This document shows, in pieces, positions 27,565 through 37,043 of a DNA stretch of 64,000 bases. A program made the translations under genes and the position numbers. The number at the start of each line of letters is the position of its first letter. Position 1 is the stretch's first letter. The notes under the pieces were generated by a model, which saw only the letters and a program-made list of their open reading frames with translations, searched no databases and had not been told where the DNA came from. Origin of the DNA: a virus; the IMG/VR virus record IMGVR_UViG_3300028393_000001, positions 32,001 to 96,000 of that record; one strand, given 5' to 3'.

Positions 27565-27653
27565 GGAGACGTGTGCCGAATTGGTTGAAGGCAAGGGACT
27601 GTAAATCCCCCACATAAGAAACGCTGTAGGTTCGAGTCCTACCGGCTCCACCA
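27565..27653 (+). tRNA. tRNA-Tyr(GTA)
   Basis: Cloverleaf with long variable region, CCA end. Confidence 0.92.
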
Positions 27654-27698
27654 TTATCTTTGAAAGTATTACTACTAGTAGTAGTTTCAAAAATAATC

Positions 27699-27774
27699 GC
27701 CCCGGTGACGGAATGGTATACGTACTGGTCTTAGAAACCAGGTTCTGGGAGTTCGAGTCTCCCCTAGGGCACCA
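27699..27774 (+). tRNA. tRNA-Leu(TAG), short variable arm
   Basis: CTGGT-CTTAGAA-ACCAG anticodon arm, 76 nt. Confidence 0.9.
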
Positions 27775-27779
27775 CTTAC

Positions 27780-27856
27780 CCGTGTATAGCGCAGCCTGAT
27801 AGCGCATCTCGTTTGGGACGAGAGGGTCGAAGGTTTGAATCCTTCTATACGGACCA
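27780..27856 (+). tRNA. tRNA-Pro(TGG)
   Basis: Cloverleaf, CCA end. Confidence 0.9.
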
Positions 27857-27874
27857 ATAAAAAAAGGAATTACT

Positions 27875-28318
27875 ATGTTAGTAGATAATATGAAAACCCT
27901 TATAGGGTCAACCTTTAGCCTTTACATTAAAGCTGCTAATTTTCATTGGAACATTGAAGGGGAAAATTTTCCTCAATATCATGCTTTCCTAGATAATTAT
28001 TATAATGATGTTTATGGTACAATTGATCAAGTTGCCGAATATATTCGTGCCCTAGATAGTTATACACCAGCAAGTTTAAAGCGTTTTCAAGAGTTAACTT
28101 TTATTCAAGATCAAACTATGCAACAACCCCCTATGGGAATGTTTCAAGAATTGTTCAATGATAATGCAACAATGTTAAAGTTTTTAACTGATACGTTTGA
28201 TGTAGCTACTGCGGAAAGACAGCAAGGAATTGCTAATTTTATTGCTGAAAGAATTGACGCGCATCAGAAACATCAGTGGATGATTCGCAGTATTTTAAAG
28301 AGCGTAGCTTCTCTATAA
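27875..28318 (+). CDS. dps: Dps ferritin-like DNA protection protein
   Basis: NFHWNIEG..F..YH, D.VAEYIR and HQKHQWM motifs. Confidence 0.92.
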   Translation: MLVDNMKTLIGSTFSLYIKAANFHWNIEGENFPQYHAFLDNYYNDVYGTIDQVAEYIRALDSYTPASLKRFQELTFIQDQTMQQPPMGMFQELFNDNATMLKFLTDTFDVATAERQQGIANFIAERIDAHQKHQWMIRSILKSVASL

Positions 28319-28329
28319 AAAGCTAAAAC

Positions 28330-28403
28330 GGGCTTATAGTTAAACGGTATAACGGTAGCTTTGCAAGCTTCAATTCGGAGTTCGATTCTCCGTTGGTCCA
28401 CCA
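28330..28403 (+). tRNA. tRNA-Ala(TGC)
   Basis: TGC anticodon, G3:U70 pair, CCA end. Confidence 0.88.
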
Positions 28404-29204
28404 CTTACACACACAAGGACATAATATGTTTTCACTAGATTTTTACATTGACTCTTTTCAATCAACAAAAAGAGCTTTAACCAATCAGGTCTTTACTGAC
28501 CCTAAACTGAACAAGGCTGCAAATAAATTTATTGACGCACAAACTCAGTTTGCAAAAATGCTTGCACAAAATACAGTAGATATGCTAAAGTATTCCGCCG
28601 ACGCTGTTACTAACAAAGCATTTCCAAAGGCGACCAAAAATGACACCGTTTGAAATTCGTGCAGACCTGCTTAAACTAGCAGCAGATCACCTAGAAAAAC
28701 AGTTTACAGCAAATGTAAAGTTTGCAACAGAATATAACAAGGCTATGTTCCAAGCAGGAACTGCTGCTGCTACTGAAGCCTTAGTTAAAATGCCTACATA
28801 CTTTACATCTGAAGATGTAATTAAAAAGGCAACAGAATTTTATAGTTTTGTTCAAACAAAATGAAGTTATTTAAGTGCTTAAAACAATTCTTTGAGCCTA
28901 AAAATCCAATGCAAGATTTCATTGAGCGTCATAATCCTCAATCGGTTTATGATGTAGAACGATTGCAAAAAGAGTACGACAATCTTATATTTAAACTTAA
29001 GTAATATGCCCCTAGTAATTAAAGACCGTAAAGTAGTTTATCAGAAGCCAACTGTGGATGAAATGCCTAAGATTGGTAAATATGTTAGCCTGAATCCAAT
29101 CTTTCAAATGCATCGGGCACACGCTCATATTAGAAATCTATCAGAATCTATGAGTGTACTACAACGTAGTTTAATTCCTGGTGCATTAGAGCAATTAAAA
29201 TAAT

Positions 29205-29280
29205 TCCCTAGTAGCACAGCGGTAGTTGCACTTGACTGTTAATCAAGTTGTCCGTGGTTCGATCCCACGCTGGGGAGCCA
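29205..29280 (+). tRNA. tRNA-Asn(GTT)
   Basis: Cloverleaf, CCA end. Confidence 0.93.
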
Positions 29281-29381
29281 TAAAATAGGCCTAAACAGGC
29301 TAGTCCAGGTGCAAGTCCTGGAATTTGTACTTGAATTTTCCTTAAAAATCAATTAAAATAATCCTTTAACTAGGAACACTT

Positions 29382-29846
29382 ATGATTAAACTAAACGACT
29401 TTTTAAACATTACCGAATATGAAACTGGACACCTTGAGGTTGTCCATCAACAAGACGTATATGGCAAAACTGCTATTAGTCTTGAAGTCTATGGCTTTGA
29501 ATTTAATAAACTAATATGCGTATATGATATAGTATCGCAAGAAGTCCTAGAAATCATAGCCAAAGACGATGCTGCTGGTAAAAGTTATGTGTGGCAAACT
29601 TCAGACATTAAAGGTTTAGGCAACTATCGCGACTACCTAATTGAGCTAGAAGCAGAAGAAGATATTTTAGAAAAAGCTGAAGCTATTTTCTTTAATAAGC
29701 CTTATGATTCACGAATAGTTGTTCCTATTGATATTAAAGACGAAGACTTCCTCTTATACGCAAAAGCTGCACATAAACTAGACATTACTATTAATGAGTT
29801 TATGGAACAAGCCATTCAGGAAATGGTAGAAAAATATAAAGGATAA
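29382..29846 (+). CDS. Hypothetical protein with C-terminal ribbon-helix-helix-like segment
   Basis: AHKLDITINEFMEQAI. Confidence 0.6.
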   Translation: MIKLNDFLNITEYETGHLEVVHQQDVYGKTAISLEVYGFEFNKLICVYDIVSQEVLEIIAKDDAAGKSYVWQTSDIKGLGNYRDYLIELEAEEDILEKAEAIFFNKPYDSRIVVPIDIKDEDFLLYAKAAHKLDITINEFMEQAIQEMVEKYKG

Positions 29847-30371
29847 CATATGAACGTAAACAGAGTTTCTCTTCAAAAGGAAGAAGTGTACCGCCAGTGG
29901 GAAATTAAAAAGTTAGACAAGCGGCACGAAGAACTTCGAATAGAAGAACAACGTGCTAAGTTAGATCTTATAGACAATGAGCAAGCAAGAGTTGAAATGA
30001 ATCGTCGAATGAATCGTCCAGGACAAAATGTAGATAGGATGGCATAATGGCGAAACCTAAACCAAAACGTAAACCCACGGGGGCTATCGACATTCAGCCA
30101 GAAGGTCCACACGTTCCGGCTATGCCTCCAGTACAAGGAAGTTCAATGATTAGTCCAGTAAGTCCCGTCGAGGCGGGTGGTGGAACGTATAACCGTCCAC
30201 CGCCTAAGCCTCAACCTTCAAAACCAATGAAGACTCCTAAACCTAAACCTCCGATGCCTAAGGCTTAGTATGCCCAGTCCTCGTAGAACCAGTCAGATTT
30301 TAAAGGGGAAGAAGCCGCCTAAGCCCCGAAGCCTAAATGCAATGGCTAAAAGATCGGCGCGCAAAAAATAA

Positions 30372-30458
30372 GGAAGATGTGTTGCAAGGTGCAACAGAGG
30401 CTTGCTAAGCCTTCGTCTAGAAATAGGCCGATAGGTTCGATTCCTATATCTTCCGCCA
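30372..30458 (+). tRNA. tRNA-Ser(GCT)
   Basis: Long variable arm, G73, CCA end. Confidence 0.9.
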
Positions 30459-30461
30459 CTT

Positions 30462-30536
30462 AGCCGTGTAGCTCAGAGGAAGAGCAAACGCTTGATAAGC
30501 GTTAGGTCGACATCTCGGAATTGTCCATGGCTACCA
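30462..30536 (+). tRNA. tRNA-Ile(GAT), atypical T-loop
   Basis: Cloverleaf; T-loop CTCGGAA. Confidence 0.85.
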
Positions 30537-30763
30537 TAATTATCATTAGAAGGATATAATATGAAATACCAAAATTCAATGTGGGGCGATTACAGCCCTA
30601 CTCCAGCGGTTGAACAGATCGGCGTGCAGATAGAAGCAGACAATCAACCTGAGATGGTTGTAACAGCCCAACAAATGGCTACAGACCCCTCGTGTACTAC
30701 AACAGAGGATATGATTGCAGCAATGGGTACAGTACCAGCACGCTCATAAAGCTAATTTTAAGT

Positions 30764-30838
30764 GTCTCTCTAGTGTAATGGCAGCATCACAGATTCCAAA
30801 TCTGTTAGGTCAGGGTTCGAGTCCTTGGGGGGATGCCA
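30764..30838 (+). tRNA. tRNA-Trp(CCA)
   Basis: Cloverleaf, CCA end. Confidence 0.9.
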
Positions 30839-30858
30839 ACTTTTTAACAGGATATTTT

Positions 30859-31278
30859 ATGAAAAAATTTATTTCAATTGCCGTTATCTCTTTTGCTGGC
30901 GTTGTTAATGCCGGAGAAATTACAGCCTCCTACTTAACCGATAGCGGACGTGATGGATATGCCATTAGTACACAGGTCAAAGGCGTTACCCTTGGAGCCT
31001 CACACGTTGATCGTGTTTATGACCGCTTCTCAGTAGGTAAATCTTTTGATATTGCTAAAGTCGGACCACTACAACTAGCAGCAGGCGGAAGCGGAGTATA
31101 TCAAAGTACTCTTGCTAAAAATGATAGTGGTTATGGCCTAGCAGCTCAGGTAACAGCAACTGCTGCGGTCAATAAAAACGTTGACGTAGTTGCTGGCGTA
31201 CAGAAGTTCTGGGGACAGGACCGCGTGAGTGCTCAAAATGGTAACTCGGCTACTGTTGGAATTAAAGTTAAGTTTTAA
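30859..31278 (+). CDS. Outer-membrane beta-barrel protein
   Basis: Signal peptide MKKFISIAVISFAGVVNA, amphipathic strands, terminal VGIKVKF beta-signal. Confidence 0.75.
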   Translation: MKKFISIAVISFAGVVNAGEITASYLTDSGRDGYAISTQVKGVTLGASHVDRVYDRFSVGKSFDIAKVGPLQLAAGGSGVYQSTLAKNDSGYGLAAQVTATAAVNKNVDVVAGVQKFWGQDRVSAQNGNSATVGIKVKF

Positions 31279-31281
31279 TTT

Positions 31282-31378
31282 AAATACACTACTTGCCACT
31301 TAATAAATATATGCGGAGACGTTCCGGACTGTGTCATTCCGCGGGTAACTGGGAGCACCCAGCATAGGTAGTGTGTTT
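31282..31378 (+). ncRNA. Helix-closed structured RNA
   Basis: AAATACACTACTT/AGGTAGTGTGTTT closing helix. Confidence 0.55.
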
Positions 31379-31386
31379 TTTATTTT

Positions 31387-31680
31387 ATAGTTGTATGAAG
31401 TAGACAGAAAAGTGTCTTGGACGGGGGTGCGAATCCCCCCAGGTCCACCAGAAGTATATTCGACCTCACACGCGGAGAGGTGAAATATAACAGAATATAC
31501 TTCTGATGGGCCTGCATAGTTTCGACAGGGCAAAGAGTAGGAAAATGGACAACTCGGTAGGCGATGACCGTTAATCAAGCAAAACAAGTAAACGCAAACG
31601 ACTCACAGTTCGCATTAGCAGCCTAAACACTGCTTAGGGTTTTGATAAGTTTTCCTCGTAACAGAATAAACTTATCTCAA
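31387..31680 (+). ncRNA. ssrA: Circularly permuted two-piece tmRNA, tag (A)ANDSQFALAA
   Basis: 3' acceptor piece ends CAGGTCCACCA at 31450; 5' GGGCCTG at 31508 gives G3:U70; tag frame 31594-31626. Confidence 0.93.
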
Positions 31681-31684
31681 ATAC

Positions 31685-31760
31685 CGCAGAGTATGGAAGT
31701 GGTCATCCGTCTGGTCTCATAAGCCTGAAATCGTTGGTTCGAATCCAACCTCTGCATCCA
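31685..31760 (+). tRNA. tRNA-fMet-like (CAT)
   Basis: C1:A72 mismatch, CAT anticodon, CCA end. Confidence 0.85.
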
Positions 31761-32019
31761 ATACGAAAGGAAAATTGTATGAAATTAAAATCTACTCCAG
31801 GTGCAATGGCAAATGCCAAGATACCTACATCCGTAAGCTACGGAGCAGATGCCCCCTCCTTAGATGCTGATATGGGTGTAGAGGATATTAGTCCTACAGG
31901 TACTGATATGGATGATATTCCACCAGGCAGTTTTGAGTTATTGACTCCAACAGTTAATAATATTAAAATTACACACGAAGGTGATATGGGACGACTAAGT
32001 CCCCTAGAATAAAAGATGA

Positions 32020-32094
32020 GCGGGCATGGTGCTAGTGGTAACACATATCCTTGCCAAGGACAAGTTGCGAGTTCGATTCTCGCTGCCCGCTCCA
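32020..32094 (+). tRNA. tRNA-Gly(GCC)
   Basis: Cloverleaf, CCA end. Confidence 0.92.
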
Positions 32095-32185
32095 TATATA
32101 AATATACTACTAAACCCGCTGAGTCAGGTTTAACTACTGGAGTTCTGAAAAGAAGGTGTCGTAAGAGTAGTATATTTATATATGG
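32092..32185 (+). ncRNA. Inter-tRNA helix-closed structured RNA
   Basis: Perfect 20-bp closing helix CCATATATAAATATACTACT/AGTAGTATATTTATATATGG. Confidence 0.65.
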
Positions 32186-32275
32186 AAGATAATGCAGCGG
32201 GGTTGGTCCTGCGACTGGCCTTGAAAACCAGGTTCTCTTAACAGGGATGGGGTTCGACTCCTCTGTCTTCCGCCA
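32184..32275 (+). tRNA. tRNA-Ser(TGA)
   Basis: Long variable arm, CCA end. Confidence 0.88.
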
Positions 32276-32280
32276 ATATT

Positions 32281-32847
32281 ATGAAAAAAACAATATTATC
32301 ACTATTTGATTACTCAGGTAATTGGCCTAGCCCTTATAAACGGGCAGGGTATGATGTGTATCAAGTTGACGTTAAACTAGGTATAGATATCTTAGAACTT
32401 CAACCCGAGGACATACCTGATAATGTCTATGGTATATTAGCTGCTCCTCCTTGTACAGATTTTGCAGGCTCAGGAGCACAGTACTGGAAAGCTAAAGACA
32501 TAGACGGACGTACTGATAGTAGTCTAGCCCTAGTAGATAAAACATTAGAAATTATTTCTTGGTGTGACCCTAAATTTTGGGTGCTGGAAAATCCTGTAGG
32601 TAGACTAAGTAAACTTAGACCCAAACTAGGAGATCCCTGGTATTTTCAGCCTTGGCATTATGGTGATGCCTATACTAAGAAAACAGGGTTATGGGGTAAT
32701 TTCAATAAAAGTTTAGTAAAACAGGAGGTAATTCCTGATCCTAATTCTTGGATAATGAAACTAGGTGGTAAATCGGAGAGAACAAAAGAATTACGCTCAA
32801 TGACTCCTTTAGGATTTGCAGAGGCTTTCTTTAAAGCAAACCCATAA
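32281..32847 (+). CDS. Compact C5 cytosine methyltransferase-like protein
   Basis: LSLF..SG, PPCTDF and LENPVG motifs. Confidence 0.8.
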   Translation: MKKTILSLFDYSGNWPSPYKRAGYDVYQVDVKLGIDILELQPEDIPDNVYGILAAPPCTDFAGSGAQYWKAKDIDGRTDSSLALVDKTLEIISWCDPKFWVLENPVGRLSKLRPKLGDPWYFQPWHYGDAYTKKTGLWGNFNKSLVKQEVIPDPNSWIMKLGGKSERTKELRSMTPLGFAEAFFKANP

Positions 32848-33119
32848 ATTTAGATTTGAACTGTGAGTTAAAATTCTTTATAATATCAGTATGAAAAAGA
32901 AATTTAATATCCAATCTCTCTCGCCGCAAATGTCTACACCTAGAGTAACTCGCACGGATATTCCGAGCTTGTATACTCCTGGGGGTAACTGTACCCTAAA
33001 AGAAACACCTAAGTATACAGGCGACCAAATGATTGGTATTTCAATCATTCATAAGTCCTGCCTACAACCTATCTTTAGTCAACAAGAGGCTATTGATGCA
33101 GCAAGTATGCGACGTTAGT

Positions 33120-33401
33120 ATGGCTAAGTCGTTTGCAGAAATTAAAAAATCATTAGGCTTACTAGACTTTATCCAGTTTGGTAAGTATCGTGGTTGTCGT
33201 GTAGACTCCATAGTTGCTATGGATGACGACTACCTTCGTTATATGCAAACACAAGGTATCAAGTTTGATGCTAGTGTAATGGATGCACTAACCAATAAGT
33301 TTTCAGCTGATTCTATAGAAGTAGGGTATGACCCTCGTGAAGTTCAAGAAGTAGATGAGCATGGTTATGGCCCTATATATTTTGGCGACGTGCCTTGGTA
33401 A
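33120..33401 (+). CDS. Small FGKY-motif protein
   Basis: FGKYRG...D..YL.Y. Confidence 0.6.
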   Translation: MAKSFAEIKKSLGLLDFIQFGKYRGCRVDSIVAMDDDYLRYMQTQGIKFDASVMDALTNKFSADSIEVGYDPREVQEVDEHGYGPIYFGDVPW

Positions 33402-33452
33402 ATTAATAATAAGGAGAGCTGTCATGACAAGTGACAAGAGTGACAAACTGCC

Positions 33453-33527
33453 GGGGGTATAACTTAGCGGCTAAAGTAACTGGCTTTTAACCAGTAAATC
33501 AGGGTTCGATTCCCTGTGCCCCTACCA
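33453..33527 (+). tRNA. tRNA-Lys(TTT)
   Basis: Cloverleaf, CCA end. Confidence 0.92.
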
Positions 33528-33606
33528 TATAAAAATACACTGTCCTAGGCTGTGACCTAGTCCATCAGAAGTCCTCAGAGACAGAAGCAGTGTGTTTCTA
33601 TATGGT
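33524..33606 (+). ncRNA. Inter-tRNA helix-closed structured RNA
   Basis: ACCATATA-AAAATACACTG/CAGTGTGTTTC-TATATGGT. Confidence 0.55.
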
Positions 33607-33678
33607 AATGTAGGACAATGGTAGTCCACCTCCTTCATACGGAGAATGCTAGTGGTTCGAGTCCACTCATTACCACCA
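33604..33678 (+). tRNA. tRNA-Met(CAT)
   Basis: Cloverleaf, CCA end. Confidence 0.9.
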
Positions 33679-33684
33679 AGTTAT

Positions 33685-33757
33685 GTGTGAGAGCCAGATT
33701 AGTGATGGTGCTGATGTATTTCAGTGAAAGAGTGAGCGAACCCACTTCCACACACCA
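33685..33757 (+). ncRNA. Pseudo-tRNA / tRNA mimic ending in CCA
   Basis: GTGTG/CACAC-ACCA acceptor, D-like arm, 6-nt anticodon loop, degenerate T-loop. Confidence 0.6.
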
Positions 33758-33759
33758 AG

Positions 33760-33981
33760 TTTTGTTAAAGTGTTAGCAAGAGAAATCACGCTGATTAGTA
33801 TTCTTCGAAGGTACTAATCAGTAGAAAGTTGCGGGTTCGATTCCCGACTTATCGCCGTTTACGGTGGAGGTATACAGGGGCGTATCAACTGGATGAATCC
33901 CAAGTAACGTACCGAGACCTTGCCGGCCTTGTATAATAAGGTGAATGGTTCCGATAATATGGGTGGAACTACTTTAACAAA
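33760..33981 (+). ncRNA. ~220-nt structured RNA with T-loop hairpin
   Basis: TTTGTTAAAGT/ACTTTAACAAA closing helix; CTGATTAGTA/TACTAATCAG stem; CGGG-TTCGATT-CCCG. Confidence 0.7.
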
Positions 33982-33989
33982 TTAAATAC

Positions 33990-34063
33990 TGGGGGATAGT
34001 TAAACGGTATAACCGCGGATTTTGATTCCGCTATCCTAGGTTCGATTCCTAGTCCCTCTGCCA
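33990..34063 (+). tRNA. tRNA-Gln(TTG)
   Basis: Cloverleaf, CCA end. Confidence 0.92.
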
Positions 34064-34078
34064 CCTAAGTGTTTAGGC

Positions 34079-34150
34079 GTGGCCATGTTGTAACGGTTAG
34101 CAACAGAGATTGTGATTCTCTTAGTCTGGGTTCGATTCCCAGTGGTCACC
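34079..34150 (+). tRNA. tRNA-His(GTG), no encoded CCA
   Basis: Cloverleaf inside flanking helix AAGTGTTTAGG/CCTAAACACTT. Confidence 0.88.
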
Positions 34151-34162
34151 CCTAAACACTTT

Positions 34163-34237
34163 CGGTCTTTAGTAAAATGGATATTACACAACGCTACGAA
34201 CGTTGGAGTGGGAGTTCGATTCTCTCAGGATCGACCA
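34163..34237 (+). tRNA. tRNA-Arg(ACG)
   Basis: Cloverleaf, CCA end. Confidence 0.92.
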
Positions 34238-34243
34238 ATTAAT

Positions 34244-34317
34244 GCGGAGTTAGTTTAATGGTAAAACAGCAGATTTCCAATCTTCGGTCAAGGGTTCGAT
34301 TCCCTTACCCCGCTCCA
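34244..34317 (+). tRNA. tRNA-Gly(TCC)
   Basis: Cloverleaf, CCA end. Confidence 0.9.
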
Positions 34318-34501
34318 GTCTAAAATACTATGCTTAGTAAAAAAGAATTTCACGGCGACCAGTTCTATGCTTGGGCCGCCCAACAATATGAAGCTGCCCG
34401 AGTTTACTTAAAGAATTGTGGTAGACCCAAAGATGAATATGATCGTTGGCTTATTGAACAGGCCAAATTTGACGCAGTTCTCTTCAAAAGATTTATTTAA
34501 T

Positions 34502-34576
34502 GCATCCTTAGCTCAGGGGTAGAGCGTCTCTTTTACACGGAGAGGGTCCGCGGTTCGAAACCGTGAGGATGTACCA
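34502..34576 (+). tRNA. tRNA-Val(TAC)
   Basis: Cloverleaf, CCA end. Confidence 0.93.
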
Positions 34577-34578
34577 AC

Positions 34579-34654
34579 GCAACTTTAGCTGATGTGGTCA
34601 TAGCGCTGGTCTGAAGAACCAGTGAACTAGGTTCGATTCCTAGAGGTTGCACCA
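34579..34654 (+). tRNA. tRNA-Phe(GAA)
   Basis: Cloverleaf, CCA end. Confidence 0.92.
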
Positions 34655-34661
34655 GATATAT

Positions 34662-34737
34662 ATAGGCGTGCGCTGAACGGCGAGGCAGTGGATTGCAAAT
34701 CCTCATAATGCAGGTTCGAGTCCTGTCGCCTATTCCA
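34662..34737 (+). tRNA. tRNA-Cys(GCA)
   Basis: GCA anticodon, U73, CCA end. Confidence 0.88.
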
Positions 34738-34812
34738 GGTCTTAAAGTGTTCATGGACGCACACAACACTGTCACTGTTGAAGAAGGGGATCGTTACCCC
34801 TTGAGACCGCCA
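34738..34812 (+). tRNA. tRNA-Asp(GTC), atypical T-loop
   Basis: Cloverleaf; T-loop ATCGTTA; abuts tRNA-Cys. Confidence 0.88.
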
Positions 34813-34887
34813 AATTTTTGCAATGCTCATTATGAGATTGCACCTGGGCATGTTGCCCAAAAGTTCTTGCTTATAAAAGGAGAAAAT

Positions 34888-35310
34888 ATGACAGAACTAA
34901 CCGTGGGTCAAGTAAACTTTGGATCCAACCTCAATCGTGCTTTAATTGGTTTTGACCAACTATTCAATAACTTAGAATATGTACAAACTACAAATTATCC
35001 ACCGTACAACGTAATCAAATCTGATGAAGATAATTATATCATTGAAGTGGCTGTAGCTGGTTTCAAGAAACCGGAAATTAAAGTAGAAATTGACAATAAT
35101 AAACTATCAGTAAAAGGTTCTAAAGAGAAAGAGGATACAAAAACGCAGTATCTTCACCATGCACTTAGTGCTAGAAACTTTAATCATCAGTTTACTATTG
35201 CAGAAAATATGGTGATTAAGTCAGCCACTTTGGAAGATGGAATACTTCAAGTATTAATTAAACGTATTGTTCCAGAATCCAAAAAAGTACGTACAATAGA
35301 TATTCTATAA
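34888..35310 (+). CDS. Small heat shock protein Hsp20 (IbpA-like)
   Basis: NYPPYN, EVAVAGF, R.F...F and L.DGIL motifs; AGGAG RBS. Confidence 0.92.
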   Translation: MTELTVGQVNFGSNLNRALIGFDQLFNNLEYVQTTNYPPYNVIKSDEDNYIIEVAVAGFKKPEIKVEIDNNKLSVKGSKEKEDTKTQYLHHALSARNFNHQFTIAENMVIKSATLEDGILQVLIKRIVPESKKVRTIDIL

Positions 35311-35427
35311 TCGTAATCTTAATAAGAGGACTAAAGACAACTTTAGTCCTCTTTTTAGTTTAAAAATTATATACTTGAAATACTATTCAAATTTTGATAT
35401 AATTATATCTTACAAACACATTATATT

Positions 35428-35859
35428 ATGAAAAACCCTATGTTTCCCTTTCCAATGATTACAGTCAAAAATGCTCGTGACGATGGCACTAATGTACAGG
35501 ATGTTATTAACCATATTAAATTAGCTGAGGATAATCTTCGTAAAGAGATGTTGCTTAAAGCTAAACTTTGTGGTGTTGGTATTGTACATATTAAAAGTGC
35601 AGAAGGCGAGTGGCGTAAAGGCGGTATGACAGTTGCCTTTAAAAAGTCTAATCAATATAAGTATGGCCGTATGGTAGAAGTAGCCGTGGCTGTTTGTAGC
35701 CCAGAAGATACTTTTAGCCGTAAAATCGGTACTCAAATGGCCCTAGAAAAATTCTTCTCACAAAAAGTAATTGAGTTGCCCTTGTTAGAATTTTATGGTC
35801 AGGAAGATATTAACATGGCAGTTAAAAAAGCATTTACAGCTATGTGGCACGCGATATAA
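35428..35859 (+). CDS. Hypothetical phage protein
   Basis: GGMTVA...AVCSPEDTFSRKIG; own promoter. Confidence 0.7.
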   Translation: MKNPMFPFPMITVKNARDDGTNVQDVINHIKLAEDNLRKEMLLKAKLCGVGIVHIKSAEGEWRKGGMTVAFKKSNQYKYGRMVEVAVAVCSPEDTFSRKIGTQMALEKFFSQKVIELPLLEFYGQEDINMAVKKAFTAMWHAI

Positions 35860-35864
35860 TTAAT

Positions 35865-35947
35865 GCGGGTGTGGTGGAATGGTAGACACAGGAGACTTAA
35901 AATCTCCCGCTTTATGCGTGCTGGTTCGACTCCAGTCACCCGTACCA
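35865..35947 (+). tRNA. tRNA-Leu(TAA)
   Basis: Cloverleaf, long variable arm. Confidence 0.93.
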
Positions 35948-35952
35948 AAATC

Positions 35953-36027
35953 TCCTGTCTAGCATAATGGTAGTGCCGCGAACTCATAATTCGTACAGTC
36001 TGGGTTCGACTCCCGGGGCAGGAACCA
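35953..36027 (+). tRNA. tRNA(CAT), Ile2 or Met
   Basis: Third CAT-anticodon tRNA; CCA end. Confidence 0.85.
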
Positions 36028-37043
36028 AATTTTGTAATCTTAATAAGGAAAATCTAAGTGGCAATTAAACGTGGTAAATCAGCAGAAAGTCATTTTGCAT
36101 CATATAAAACTTCAAAGCGTTGGGAATCTAATCGCAGGAAGAAGCTAGAACGTCAACTTAAACTACAGCCTAACAATGAGCAAGTAAAGAAAGCCTTCTC
36201 TAATATTCATTACAGACGTAAAACTCCTGTAGTACGTGAATGGAGTGCCACTACGATTAGAATGGCTAAAATAGTTAAACTATTTACAGGTAGGTTTGAT
36301 CGAGATATTTTAAGCTCAAATAAAGATACAGCATCCTTAGCTATTCAGAAATCAGCATCTAGACCAGAGCAACAAAAAAGTAAAATCCAGATTGCAGACA
36401 AAAACTTCTTCTCCATTGGTGCTCGCCTAAGTAGTGGCTCGCTTGCATGAGTTTTATTGACTGGTATTTACTATTCAGTTTAACAACAGCAGTATGTGCA
36501 GTATGGGAACTACTAGTTCCTGTAATGAATACAGAAAAAGAAGAAATGGGTAAGATTGACGCAGAAAAACTAATATATATAGTGTTTTTTATAATGTCAA
36601 TTATATTAGCTCCTTTAGTATTTCTTAGTTGTATAATCCCCTCTATGAGCGATAGATTTAGAAGTTCGTTACATAGTGGGCTTTTTCCCAAAGAATAAAA
36701 AATTTGCAGTTGCACTGTAATGCTTAAACAGGTATAATATATACTTAAACAGCCCAATAAACAACTATGAAAACACTAACATTTAAATACGCAAAAGCAG
36801 ATGGTTCAGTTTCTTATCGCTCACTTCTAGTGATGGTATCCCCTAATACTATGTATGAGGGCCTGGATATTTCAGAACTAGAGTCAGCAGACCAAGCTGA
36901 ATTTGAGTCCCTAATGAGTTCAGCGTACAATAATTATATTAATGAAATTAATACTCTAAAAGAAGAGTTTGACATTAAGCACAGTTATCGTCGTTTTGAC
37001 CCCAAGAAAATGACTGAGATCAATGAATTGGAAAAAGTATAAC

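Noticed and set aside
30715-30858. N-terminal extensions of track ORFs 30715, 31734, 34693 and 37058
   Set aside because: They run through tRNA genes; downstream ATGs are better starts
32184-32275. Selenocysteine or suppressor tRNA
   Set aside because: The anticodon is TGA (Ser), not TCA; ORFs translate normally with the standard code
33425-33446. Three TGACAA repeats before tRNA-Lys
   Set aside because: Too short; explained by a tiny ORF (MTSDKSDKLPGV) or chance
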